From the IMG/VR virus record IMGVR_UViG_3300046167_000825, positions 62,001-126,000 of that record: a DNA stretch of 64,000 nucleotides; one strand, given 5' to 3'. Positions 8,976 to 18,430 of the stretch are shown here, piece by piece. A program made the position numbers and the translations under genes. The stretch's first letter is position 1. Every line of letters starts with the position of its first letter. The notes beneath the pieces are model-generated. The model saw only the letters and a program-made list of their open reading frames with translations, did no database searches and had not been told where the DNA came from.

Positions 8976-9851
8976 ATGTCAAATGTTTTGCACACCCCAG
9001 AGTCACACTCTGAACACCCCGACTTTGAGGAGTATCTCTCCATTCTTTTGTTGGAAGAGGAGATATCAGTAAATAATGTTTCTGAGAGAATCCAAGAACT
9101 TATAAAGCCAGCAACCCTATCCAAATCAATGGAACAAACAATCACAACACAAGTTAACAGAAGGCTAATTGAACTAGCCATACCAACCCCCCCACCAAAG
9201 GAACAAAGCACTATGCCTACAACCCAATTTTTGAACCAAATGGATAAAGGATGTTTATATGCCACCGAACTCTTGGATAACAATGAGAACGCTGTCTATG
9301 ATATTTTAACCTTCGTGAAAAGGGTTTCCAACCGAAAACGAGGAGGCAAAATCCGAGTCCCCTCAAAGGTTCGTGAAACTCTATTGCCGATTTCAAACTC
9401 CCCCACCACCTTCAGTTCTTTCCTTGTATCTCTTTTAACTCATTGCTTATGTCAGATAACGGCAGAAGACCTCAATGCGACTTACCAGTTTGTGACGGGT
9501 CGAAAACACAACTATTCTAAGCCTCGTCAAGTCCTAGAACATGCAGAGAAAACACACTGGAAGGACACAGAGATTATCTTTCGTGGCGATTTGGATGAGA
9601 TGGCAGCAGAGGTCGGGGTATTCTTTGATGAACCTACGGATCTCACTGAACCTACGGATCTCCACCAAACCGTCCGAGACTTGTTGGGTATGGTGGAGAA
9701 ACAATCCAAACAAATACAATACTTGTCAAGCATTGTATTGGCTAACCAACAAGCCCCCAATGAGGACAACAAGGTTTCTTTCTCTATGGATAAAGAGGAA
9801 CTCCTTCAATATCTCATTCAAAACAACAAACTCAATTTAACCATCAACTAG
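8976..9851 (+). CDS. Hypothetical protein
   Basis: GGAGG RBS, 291 aa. Confidence 0.65.
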   Translation: MSNVLHTPESHSEHPDFEEYLSILLLEEEISVNNVSERIQELIKPATLSKSMEQTITTQVNRRLIELAIPTPPPKEQSTMPTTQFLNQMDKGCLYATELLDNNENAVYDILTFVKRVSNRKRGGKIRVPSKVRETLLPISNSPTTFSSFLVSLLTHCLCQITAEDLNATYQFVTGRKHNYSKPRQVLEHAEKTHWKDTEIIFRGDLDEMAAEVGVFFDEPTDLTEPTDLHQTVRDLLGMVEKQSKQIQYLSSIVLANQQAPNEDNKVSFSMDKEELLQYLIQNNKLNLTIN

Positions 9852-9860
9852 GAGTACAAC

Positions 9861-10598
9861 ATGTCTAAGTACATTCCATCCATCAGCCCCTTAACCGAAA
9901 GCAAACTTCCCCACACAAAATGGGTTGCTGAGGTGCTTCCTTTCCTTACTGAGTCCGAAGAAGAAATCTGTTTTTCAAAGAAGCAAGAGCAAGTTCTCCT
10001 CTCAGCAGTCACGGGTGATAAAGATAATCTCCCTCAAGCCCAAAGTTTATTCAAAGGGTTGGGATTAAGTAAAAAATATAGAGGATACCTCTTTTCTTAT
10101 CTCACACTCAAAGCCTCAAAGACACTCGGACACCTTGTATCGATCCGTGACATCATGTTGGCATACAAGGCTATCTGTGGTAATGCTTGTCACCCCGACT
10201 ACCCCTTACTGGTGGCGAACTATGGTGGCTTCTATGTCATGCCAACGAATGCTTCCACAGTGTATGAAGCCAACAGCACAAGCCTTGCAGAAGACCATGT
10301 GCAGAATGTGACGGAGTTGCTTATGTCTGTCACGAAGTCAAAAAGAAAATCTTATGACACCAGCAATCTCCAAACACTTGAAGAGTTGGAAGTGACAAAC
10401 AAGACATTGGAAAAGAAGGACATGGAGTTTGTGTTCCAGTTCGCTCATAACAATGATCTTCTGAGAGAATTAATGACCGAACTTCAAGATTCCACTCCCG
10501 ATGTAGACCTTCAACGGTCGGTGGATTTATTCGCTCAGAACTCTATGATGTACGATTTCTTTTCTTTCATGCGAGAGAAGGGTATCTCTATTGCATAA
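9861..10598 (+). CDS. Hypothetical protein
   Basis: AGGAG RBS, 245 aa. Confidence 0.65.
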   Translation: MSKYIPSISPLTESKLPHTKWVAEVLPFLTESEEEICFSKKQEQVLLSAVTGDKDNLPQAQSLFKGLGLSKKYRGYLFSYLTLKASKTLGHLVSIRDIMLAYKAICGNACHPDYPLLVANYGGFYVMPTNASTVYEANSTSLAEDHVQNVTELLMSVTKSKRKSYDTSNLQTLEELEVTNKTLEKKDMEFVFQFAHNNDLLRELMTELQDSTPDVDLQRSVDLFAQNSMMYDFFSFMREKGISIA

Positions 10599-10622
10599 AC
10601 ATTGACTAGACGATTTTCCAAC

Positions 10623-10656
10623 AGCCTCCCGTCAATTCTGTGGGAGGCTTTTTTTT
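10623..10656 (+). terminator. Intrinsic terminator
   Basis: agcctccc / gggaggct stem followed by T-run. Confidence 0.7.
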
Positions 10657-10667
10657 AGAGGTATGAA

Positions 10668-11249
10668 ATGAAGATATTGTGGTTTGACCTAGAAACAACT
10701 GGCTTAGACAAAGACACCAACACCATCCTTGAGATAGGGATTGTCGTTACGGACATGGAGGGGAATGTTTTGAGTGCTTGGGACACCAAGATTAAACCCA
10801 CACCCAACGACATAGCACGGGCATCAAAACGAGCCTTGGAGATTAACGGCTACACCACAAAAGGGTGGGAGGATGCTCCAACTCCAGAGGAAATTGCCCC
10901 CATCATTCGTGAGAAGTTCAATGGGAAATATATTCTCGGTGGTCATAATGTCGCTCACTTTGACGTACCCTTTCTGAAAGCGTGGTTGAAGAAACACAAC
11001 CAAGACCCCAACATTGGATATAGATTTTTAGACACCATGAGTACGGCAGTCGAACATCTTTTCCCTTGTGGGCTGAAATCAGCCTCCCTTGTCAATATCC
11101 GAAAGGCATTGAATATTGAAACGGGGAAAGCACACACTGCTCTTGCTGACACACTCGCTTGTGCTGAGGCATACCGTCAAATGGCTCGTTCCTCTCTTAT
11201 CAAACGACTATGGTGGTCGTATGTCATCCCCAAGAGGATGAAGCAATAA
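10668..11249 (+). CDS. DEDDh 3'-5' exonuclease (DnaQ-like)
   Basis: FDLETTGL (ExoI), GHNVAHFDVPFL (ExoII), HTALADT (ExoIII). Confidence 0.9.
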   Translation: MKILWFDLETTGLDKDTNTILEIGIVVTDMEGNVLSAWDTKIKPTPNDIARASKRALEINGYTTKGWEDAPTPEEIAPIIREKFNGKYILGGHNVAHFDVPFLKAWLKKHNQDPNIGYRFLDTMSTAVEHLFPCGLKSASLVNIRKALNIETGKAHTALADTLACAEAYRQMARSSLIKRLWWSYVIPKRMKQ

Positions 11250-11289
11250 ACTGTCTATTCTCAACTATCATTGAACTGGATTGTATTCA

Positions 11290-12732
11290 ATGAAACTTAA
11301 TTTTATCTACCCCATAAAGGCTTCTGATTTACCCAAAGTCGTTGCGATTTCCATGAAGATGGGGGTTAAGGCTTTTTTGTCCAAAGCCCCCTTCTTGAAA
11401 GAGAAGGTAAAACCCTCCTTAAAGAAGTTACGCATTGAAACAGAAGAGGGACTGCCCGTGAGAGTTTCATATTCTCCCCTCACGGGATTGATAAAAGTCA
11501 ATCCCGAAATGCGACAAATCCGAGATAACCGAAAGGGAATCGTACCCAATCTTCTGTTGGCGTTGGGTATGGGCTATTATGACTTTGGTTTGAGTAAGTC
11601 CGACCAGTTGTATTGGAGAAACCTCACAAGGCGAGAAAAGGTGGACTTGACCCTTCTGAAGCGTTCATCCTTTTCAGTGAGCCAAGTGGGGAAACCTCGT
11701 GTTCTGTTTGCCACCGAGTTATTGAAACACACTATCTTTCAAACACCCTCTGCTCTTTTAGAAACCTTTTTTGATGTGGGGACATCCGATATCATCGAAT
11801 TATCTCCCACGAGATTCAGAGGGCTAGGTCTTACGAGGGGCGAACGGAAGGAACAAATTGAAACTTCCAGTTCTCTGATCGACAGAAAAACAGTGTCTTT
11901 AGAAGATGCTTTGGATATCGCTGGAATCACTGGGTTGACTGACGACATGCGAGAGGCTGGTTACCGAACTGAACTAGATTATGACCAATCGGGGATTATG
12001 GAGTTCAGAGCCTATTCTGGTTCAAGAGTCGTCCTACAAATGAAGCGTTACTTCTTTGATGATATCATCAAAAATGAATATTTCACCCTCAGTGAAGACT
12101 TGCAAAGACAAGGGTTAGGGATGAAAGCCTTCGCCACACAATTGACCTCAGCCATCAAACATGGTGTTGAAAAGATACAGTTGGTGGCAGAGAGGGAGGA
12201 TGCCTCTGGGTTGTTTGGATACAATGTTTGGTGGAGATTCGGTTTTGATGGTCACCTCGATAGTGGGAGATATGGGTCTTCCCTCGAAGCAAAAGCATGG
12301 TGGAAGCAAGCCGTTGTAGAAAAGATTCTTGGTGCATCCGATATGACTGCCCAGAAACAGTTCTACGGTATGGTCGAGAGGTTGAGACGAAAAACAGAGG
12401 AAGGCTCTTTCTCCAACTCAGCCTTCCAATATTTTATGGATGTCACCCTTGATGGTGAATACAGCAACTTAAAAGCCTTTCAAGCACCTAGTCGCAAAGA
12501 CTTCTTAGCCCTCGTGGATTTCTTTAATAAAGTTTCCCCCGAATCACCTTTTTTGAAAACAGAAGATTTGTCCTACAAGTCCCAGAGAATCCAGCGATTG
12601 ATGGAACTAGAAGGTTTTGAAGATTGGTGGCAACAATACGGGGATAAGTGGAACGCTTCATTGGATTTATCCTCTGGGGTAGAAAGCCCCTCAGTAGGTC
12701 TAGTTCGCAATTATATACGAGGACGGCAATGA
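11290..12732 (+). CDS. GNAT-like domain protein, paralogue 1
   Basis: FTLSEDLQRQGLG (acetyl-CoA motif A-like), GYNVWWRFGFDG, C-terminal LMELEGFEDWW...ASLDLS shared with paralogues 2 and 3. Confidence 0.6.
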   Translation: MKLNFIYPIKASDLPKVVAISMKMGVKAFLSKAPFLKEKVKPSLKKLRIETEEGLPVRVSYSPLTGLIKVNPEMRQIRDNRKGIVPNLLLALGMGYYDFGLSKSDQLYWRNLTRREKVDLTLLKRSSFSVSQVGKPRVLFATELLKHTIFQTPSALLETFFDVGTSDIIELSPTRFRGLGLTRGERKEQIETSSSLIDRKTVSLEDALDIAGITGLTDDMREAGYRTELDYDQSGIMEFRAYSGSRVVLQMKRYFFDDIIKNEYFTLSEDLQRQGLGMKAFATQLTSAIKHGVEKIQLVAEREDASGLFGYNVWWRFGFDGHLDSGRYGSSLEAKAWWKQAVVEKILGASDMTAQKQFYGMVERLRRKTEEGSFSNSAFQYFMDVTLDGEYSNLKAFQAPSRKDFLALVDFFNKVSPESPFLKTEDLSYKSQRIQRLMELEGFEDWWQQYGDKWNASLDLSSGVESPSVGLVRNYIRGRQ

Positions 12733-14771
12733 TATATGAAACAACCCCCAGACCCCCTTCGGATAGAAAAGGGTTTACGATAACATCCTTGAAAGACCTC
12801 TTTCATTTGGTTGATAAATACCCAACCAAAGAACCGTATATCATTGCTTGGGAATATGTTTTCATGGACTATTCTTGGGTTTGGATACATCCGAGAGTGT
12901 TGAAAGAAAGTAAACACATGCCAGAGTTCTGGATTCAGTTGGAGGACTGGAGAACAAAGGGCAATCTAGTTCGGTCAGATAACAAAAGTTGGGGTGATAA
13001 AAAGAAAAAATATGCCAAATTAACACAGCCCGTTGATGCAAAGAACTCGGAGGCACTTCGTTTTCCGAAGATTCTTGGAAGGGGTGTTCTTTCAATTGCT
13101 TATGGGACTTCACCAGAGAAAGCAGAACTCTTTAAGAAAAAATGTCTTGCTATCATAAAACGCTTTCAAGGGGATGATTCCCTCGCAGATATTAACGATC
13201 TGTACCCCCGAAAGATGAAGGTCACGGTTAGCGTTATCGAAACCTCTGAGAAATGGGTTATCAACTACGCAGAAGGAGTCCTAGAGATCAATGCTAGTGC
13301 GTTCTTGGGGCAGAGCCTTTCAAGGCAACAGATGCTGTTGTTGAGAGGATTCGGTTTGGCTTATTTCTCTTTGAAACTACGCCCGTCTGATATGAAGAAA
13401 TGGTTCAAGTATTACCGAGTCAAAAAACCCATTGCCAACCGTAAGTTCTATCACCCAGACATCACAAAACTTCAGATAAGTTGGGCAAGTGGTTTGGCTG
13501 ACTTCGTGTTGGGTGAAGAAACCTCTGTGATGAAGACCTTCAGAGAGTACTTCCAGAGAACCTCCGTTGGGGCTAGTCGGGTTGACCTCTCTCAGTTCCC
13601 AACTGAAATGGCTAGTTCGGTGATGGCATCTAGTATTGAACTAGCCGAACCCTTCAAAAACACTCCGTTTCAGAACCTTGAAACCAATGATATCCTAGAT
13701 ATTATGGGTTTGAGCGATGCTGCCGTTGCCACTCCCACTTTACTGGGAGGTTTGACGGGTGCTAATAAAGTGGTTGCCACTGACAACACCTTCAGAGATA
13801 TTGTGGCATACTCCATAGAAACCGATGAGGGGGGTAATGCTGAATGGGATCTTGGTGAGGGTAAAGCCGTATCAATTGCTAGAACCATTTGGTACAACAA
13901 GAAGACGGGTGTGTCTGCCATAGAGAATGACCTTTTTGAACTAGATGAGTCTTTTCAAGGGAAAGGTATTGGGGTTCGGATGGTTTCAAATCAGATAGAT
14001 ATGTGTCTAGCGAAGGGCATTCAAAAAATCATGTGCTATGCCGCAAGAGGTGATGATGAATATGTGGGCTACAAGGTGTGGCACAAAATGGGTTATGATG
14101 CCCTCCTAACTCCCAAGAATCTTGATGAGCACTCCGATGATGAAGATGGTTTCTATTGGTGGGTCTTGAAATCCCTAGAAAAGAAAATAAATGAATACCC
14201 CGAAGATATCTTGCACCGAGAAGTGGATCTTCTCTTACAAAAAGCCGTGGGGTCAAAGAAACCCAGTTATTTCAGAAGCCTCCCCACCCCATTCTTTTCT
14301 CGTTATATGAACATTCGCTTTGAAGAACCACCCTTTGCCAATGATTGGTCAGACCTCGTGCCGACTTTATCCAGAGCAGAGATTTTTCAATACTATTCTT
14401 TCTTGAGTGCTCAAATGAGTAAAGGTGACATCGTCAGTTTCAATCTGTTCAAAGACTTAGAACTCAGTATCACGAAAGACACCATACAAAATCTTATGGA
14501 TGTTGAAGGTTTTGAGGATTGGTGGGGTGAGAACGGTGGTGGATATAAAGCCACTCTTGATTTGAGTGAGGGTGTCAATAGCCCCGCTTATATGATTCTC
14601 TCTTTATACCGTCAAAAGAAGGGCTTGACAAAGATGTCCTCAGACGATCTATTGACTAAGGCAATGGGGTATCTTTCATCGAAAGACATCGCCCTCTTTG
14701 ATGAGGCTCGGAGAGAACTCCGTGTGGCTTCAAAATCTGTTTCTCGCATCGCCACTCTTTGGCTTGCATAA
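12729..14771 (+). CDS. GNAT-like domain protein, paralogue 2
   Basis: FELDESFQGKGIG, GYKVWHKMGYDA, LMDVEGFEDWW...ATLDLS. ATG 12729 overlaps the upstream TGA. Confidence 0.6.
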   Translation: MIYETTPRPPSDRKGFTITSLKDLFHLVDKYPTKEPYIIAWEYVFMDYSWVWIHPRVLKESKHMPEFWIQLEDWRTKGNLVRSDNKSWGDKKKKYAKLTQPVDAKNSEALRFPKILGRGVLSIAYGTSPEKAELFKKKCLAIIKRFQGDDSLADINDLYPRKMKVTVSVIETSEKWVINYAEGVLEINASAFLGQSLSRQQMLLLRGFGLAYFSLKLRPSDMKKWFKYYRVKKPIANRKFYHPDITKLQISWASGLADFVLGEETSVMKTFREYFQRTSVGASRVDLSQFPTEMASSVMASSIELAEPFKNTPFQNLETNDILDIMGLSDAAVATPTLLGGLTGANKVVATDNTFRDIVAYSIETDEGGNAEWDLGEGKAVSIARTIWYNKKTGVSAIENDLFELDESFQGKGIGVRMVSNQIDMCLAKGIQKIMCYAARGDDEYVGYKVWHKMGYDALLTPKNLDEHSDDEDGFYWWVLKSLEKKINEYPEDILHREVDLLLQKAVGSKKPSYFRSLPTPFFSRYMNIRFEEPPFANDWSDLVPTLSRAEIFQYYSFLSAQMSKGDIVSFNLFKDLELSITKDTIQNLMDVEGFEDWWGENGGGYKATLDLSEGVNSPAYMILSLYRQKKGLTKMSSDDLLTKAMGYLSSKDIALFDEARRELRVASKSVSRIATLWLA

Positions 14772-14818
14772 TTTATCTATATCTCTATTTATGTGATGAC
14801 TTTTATTAGGAGTATTCT

Positions 14819-17140
14819 ATGAAAAAACAAGCAAAACTCTCTCGGATTCCAGCAGAGGATGAAACTTCAATCGGTGTCCCTATGAAGTTTTTGGGGAAGC
14901 CTTACACAGTTACAGCCCCAGAAAGCCAAATGGATGAGATATCTATGTTGTGGGCGAACTGGAAACCCTCCATGACAATGTTGAATAAAAATAGTCTTTC
15001 ATACAAGACAGTCCCGAAGTTCAAACGGGGTGTTCGGAACTTGATGAGTAAGAACAGTTTTATGCTCTCTATGTCAGATGAGAAATGGGTTTTCAACTGG
15101 TCATTGGCTCAACAGACTCTCGAAATCAATGTCCAAGCGAAAATGTCGAAAGCGAAAATCAGACGATTGGCTGCCTTTGCTTTTGGGATTATGATGTATG
15201 ACACGGGCCTCAAGCCAAAATCTCGAATCTTTTTCAAGCGTAAAATCAAGAGAGAGAAGCCCCCATTACAAGGTATCCAAAAATATCTCGGTTTCTTGAA
15301 AGACGGTATGGCGTTGGGTCGTGCAAGAGCCGCTTTCGCTTTCGGCTTTATGATGCACTTGGAACAAGTCAGTAAAAAGTTTTTTGGTCATCCCCTCCAT
15401 GCAATGGTGGGAGAGGTCTTCTTCGACAAAAACAACTTTGTTGTTGATGAAGAAACACAATACACCCGCTTTGAGATAGATGAAGAAAGTCCTCTTGGTT
15501 ATGAGTTTGACTCAGAGCGTTTTGACCTTGTTTATAAAGGGAAATCAGAAAGTCAGATTGCTGCAATGAAACGGGTTACTGTTGCTGGGATGGATTATGA
15601 AACAGCCCTAGATTCTACTGGGATTGCCCCCTTCACAAACGCTTTGAAAAAATATATCACCAATGCCGTGAATGACCCTCAGAGCCGAAAACACTCTGAA
15701 GTTCTTAGGGGTTTAGGATTAGGTCAGTCTTCTCAGTTTGATCCCAACAAGTTCGAGTTACGGCTTAATGTTGGTTCAAGTAGTATAGGCTTTCGTCTTA
15801 CTTATAATGGCAGACATTGTTGTAACGGGTCTCGTAGTCAAATGACAAAAAACACACACTACAACGCTTTGTGTGAAGTGTCTAGTTCTTTTCAAGGATT
15901 GGGTGCTGGGATGCACATGTCGGCTTCTCAGATTGAACACGCAATGAAAACGGGTAAGAAGAAGATTAAGGTTTCTGCCGCTTTGGATGGTGGTTGGAGA
16001 ACTTGGAACAAGTTCGGTTTTGAGTCCAATAACCCAGTTATGGGTATAGTCAATGGTGCAAAAAGTTGGTGTGAGAAGTCTGTCGATGCCAAAATCTACG
16101 AGATGGGTTATGTAGATCGTCAACAAGTGATGACGGATCTCATGGTGGGTATGGTTCAACAACTCGGGGGGGCTTCTGCCTTCAGTGGTGCAAGCACGAC
16201 TCAAACTGGCCCCGTTACTCCAGTATTACCTTCAGATTCAAATGCAGATATTGCAGAAATCTTGAAGGAAGTGATTGATACCTCTGGTTCGTATTCGGGA
16301 GCGATGAAAAGGATGCTTCAAGCCGCTGGACTCCCACCAACGGCAAACAAAAGACATATAACCACTTGGTTTGCTGGTAATACCGTCACAGTGGCTCAAC
16401 AACAGAAAGTACATGATTATTTCACTTCGGGTAGTTCTGGCTTTGAAGATAAGTTCCGTAGATTGCGTGGTTATCCTCCTCGTGCGGGGCAATCAAGATC
16501 AAATGTTAATACCTCTCAAATGAACTCAGATATCAAAGGGTTAATAGAGTCTTTTGGTTGGTTTGGTGGTGAAGCCTTTAACGGCACATCCGTTCTTAAC
16601 CTCATCAAATCTCCTCAGTTCGATGTTGTTTTTGGTTATGATAACTTGCCTAAAATTGTGGCGTTCTTCCGTTCTAAAAACTATGAGGATCAAGTTCCAG
16701 CACTCACGAAAGCAAAACTCACTCCTAGAACACAGTACATGCAAGATTGTATGGAACTAGAGGGTTTCTCAAAGTGGTGGTCAGAGGGTGGTGGTCGCAA
16801 TTGGAGTGGAACACTTGACCTCACAGACGGGAAATACTCTATTGCTGTTTTGGCGATGGATCATTATCGAAAAATGAAAGTTCAAAACAAGCCCGATGTT
16901 TATGCAGAGGATTCAGCCTTTCAGCGTGCTCGTGTTGCAAGTGACATGACTTCTATTATTGATGCTGATATCCTTGAGAACTTTGTCAATATACCAGAAT
17001 CTGAAGAATGTGGTGGTGGTCTTCTTCGTATGGATATTGCTTTGATGGAACAAGCAACTCGTAATGCTCGTCTTGAAAAGAAGGACTTGGAAAAAGGTGG
17101 TCTTGTTCGTGTTGCTTCTCGTTGGTTGGGTGGAGAGTAA
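14819..17140 (+). CDS. GNAT-like domain protein, paralogue 3
   Basis: CEVSSSFQGLGAG, GGWRTWNKFGFES, CMELEGFSKWW...GTLDLT. AGGAG RBS. Confidence 0.6.
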   Translation: MKKQAKLSRIPAEDETSIGVPMKFLGKPYTVTAPESQMDEISMLWANWKPSMTMLNKNSLSYKTVPKFKRGVRNLMSKNSFMLSMSDEKWVFNWSLAQQTLEINVQAKMSKAKIRRLAAFAFGIMMYDTGLKPKSRIFFKRKIKREKPPLQGIQKYLGFLKDGMALGRARAAFAFGFMMHLEQVSKKFFGHPLHAMVGEVFFDKNNFVVDEETQYTRFEIDEESPLGYEFDSERFDLVYKGKSESQIAAMKRVTVAGMDYETALDSTGIAPFTNALKKYITNAVNDPQSRKHSEVLRGLGLGQSSQFDPNKFELRLNVGSSSIGFRLTYNGRHCCNGSRSQMTKNTHYNALCEVSSSFQGLGAGMHMSASQIEHAMKTGKKKIKVSAALDGGWRTWNKFGFESNNPVMGIVNGAKSWCEKSVDAKIYEMGYVDRQQVMTDLMVGMVQQLGGASAFSGASTTQTGPVTPVLPSDSNADIAEILKEVIDTSGSYSGAMKRMLQAAGLPPTANKRHITTWFAGNTVTVAQQQKVHDYFTSGSSGFEDKFRRLRGYPPRAGQSRSNVNTSQMNSDIKGLIESFGWFGGEAFNGTSVLNLIKSPQFDVVFGYDNLPKIVAFFRSKNYEDQVPALTKAKLTPRTQYMQDCMELEGFSKWWSEGGGRNWSGTLDLTDGKYSIAVLAMDHYRKMKVQNKPDVYAEDSAFQRARVASDMTSIIDADILENFVNIPESEECGGGLLRMDIALMEQATRNARLEKKDLEKGGLVRVASRWLGGE

Positions 17141-17188
17141 TGAAGAGCCTCGTTTCTCGCATTGCTTCTCGGCACATGGGTGATGAAG

Positions 17189-17217
17189 GGATCGCTTTCA
17201 ATAGGACTTTCCGTATA
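17189..17217 (+). promoter_or_regulatory. Bipartite promoter motif GGATCG-N15-TCCGTATA
   Basis: Exact consensus, 30 nt before ATG 17248. Confidence 0.75.
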
Positions 17218-17247
17218 AGAGTTGCACACCAACTTGAGGAGAGAACT

Positions 17248-17724
17248 ATGACAGCATCCTTCACCCCCGTGACTGAGTTACAACCGAGAAAGAAATGGCG
17301 TAAGAAAATCATTTACGCTGGGTTGTTCCTTGATGACACCACTAGAGCCAACTTGGTTCGGTGGTGGAATCAACAAGAAGGGACAGAAGCACTCCACGAA
17401 AAACAGATTGTCCACCACCTCACTATGGTTTTTAAGCCCTCTCAAGAAGATGTTGAGAATATGCCATTGGGTAAGATCGTGAAGATGTCCGTCATTGGCT
17501 ATGGTCAAGACGATAAAGCCCAAGCCCTTTTCGTTAAAATTGAGGGAGGGGTTCGGTCACAGAACACTAAACCTCATATCACGATGGCTATCTCTTCAAG
17601 TGGTTCTGCAAAGAACTCCAATGACTTGGACATTATCCCTTTAACGGGGCCGACCTTTGAGGGTATCTTTGGATACAGTGGTAAAGGGAAGGATTATCAA
17701 CAAATTGCTTGGGAATCCGAATAA
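17248..17724 (+). CDS. 2H phosphoesterase (a longer in-frame start at 17140 is possible)
   Basis: Two HxT motifs (HHLTMVF, PHITMA). GAGGAG RBS before 17248. Confidence 0.7.
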   Translation: MTASFTPVTELQPRKKWRKKIIYAGLFLDDTTRANLVRWWNQQEGTEALHEKQIVHHLTMVFKPSQEDVENMPLGKIVKMSVIGYGQDDKAQALFVKIEGGVRSQNTKPHITMAISSSGSAKNSNDLDIIPLTGPTFEGIFGYSGKGKDYQQIAWESE

Positions 17725-17741
17725 ATATTGAGAGGATAGGT

Positions 17742-18053
17742 ATGATGGAACAGACTTTACAAGGAGTTTCTATCATGCTTCCCCCTTCTTCGGTATCCAC
17801 TACCATCGACAATTACATCTGGGATCTCGCCCAGCACCAACCACTCATAGACGACTTGGAGAAAAACCTTCAAGTGATCTGTTTGTTTCACCCCGAAAGA
17901 GAAATCCTTTATCTGATAGATGATTATTACCATCTACCCGTAGCAATAAAGAAAATCACAACTAACCCTAGAGAAGACATCCAAGAACTAGCGTATCTTT
18001 GGTTCTCTCTCATACAACTAGCACGAGGACGATATGCCACAATCACTGCTTGA
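17742..18053 (+). CDS. Hypothetical protein
   Basis: GAGG RBS, tiles with neighbours. Confidence 0.55.
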   Translation: MMEQTLQGVSIMLPPSSVSTTIDNYIWDLAQHQPLIDDLEKNLQVICLFHPEREILYLIDDYYHLPVAIKKITTNPREDIQELAYLWFSLIQLARGRYATITA

Positions 18054-18321
18054 CAGAATGGATTACACACAACTTAAAAGCCTTGCTGAGTCACGAGGGT
18101 GCTTACCCGAAGAACCTCATAACAGTGAAGAGATACGAAAAGCCATCCACGATTGGGAGATGGATCGTGGCTTACCCTTCAAGGGTTTGAGAGAGATTGC
18201 CACGAAAAATACCGAGAACACTACCAACTTGAGTGAGGTCTTACAAGCCCTTTCTGAGTTACAGACAACGGTCAATGAAGTCAATGACCGATTGAAACGA
18301 TTAGAGAACAAACATGCGTAG
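18034..18321 (+). CDS. Hypothetical protein with C-terminal coiled coil
   Basis: LSEVLQALSELQTTVNEVNDRLKRLE heptads. Confidence 0.55.
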   Translation: MPQSLLDRMDYTQLKSLAESRGCLPEEPHNSEEIRKAIHDWEMDRGLPFKGLREIATKNTENTTNLSEVLQALSELQTTVNEVNDRLKRLENKHA

Positions 18322-18430
18322 ATTTCTGAAACACAAAATGAAGTACGTTTTCTTAGGGGTTGTCATCACGACAGTCATCGGTGCTTCAATGATAAAGGTG
18401 ACTCTCAAGCCTACTCGGAGTTATGTATGA
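18314..18430 (+). CDS. Small single-TM protein (38 aa, not in the ORF track)
   Basis: MRRFLKHKMKYVFLGVVITTVIGASMIKVTLKPTRSYV fills the gap and overlaps the next ATG. Confidence 0.4.
   Translation: MRRFLKHKMKYVFLGVVITTVIGASMIKVTLKPTRSYV

Noticed and set aside
9629-9662. Two copies of tgaacctacggatctc at 18-nt period
   Set aside because: An in-frame duplication (EPTDLT/EPTDLH) with only two units, not a CRISPR or regulatory array
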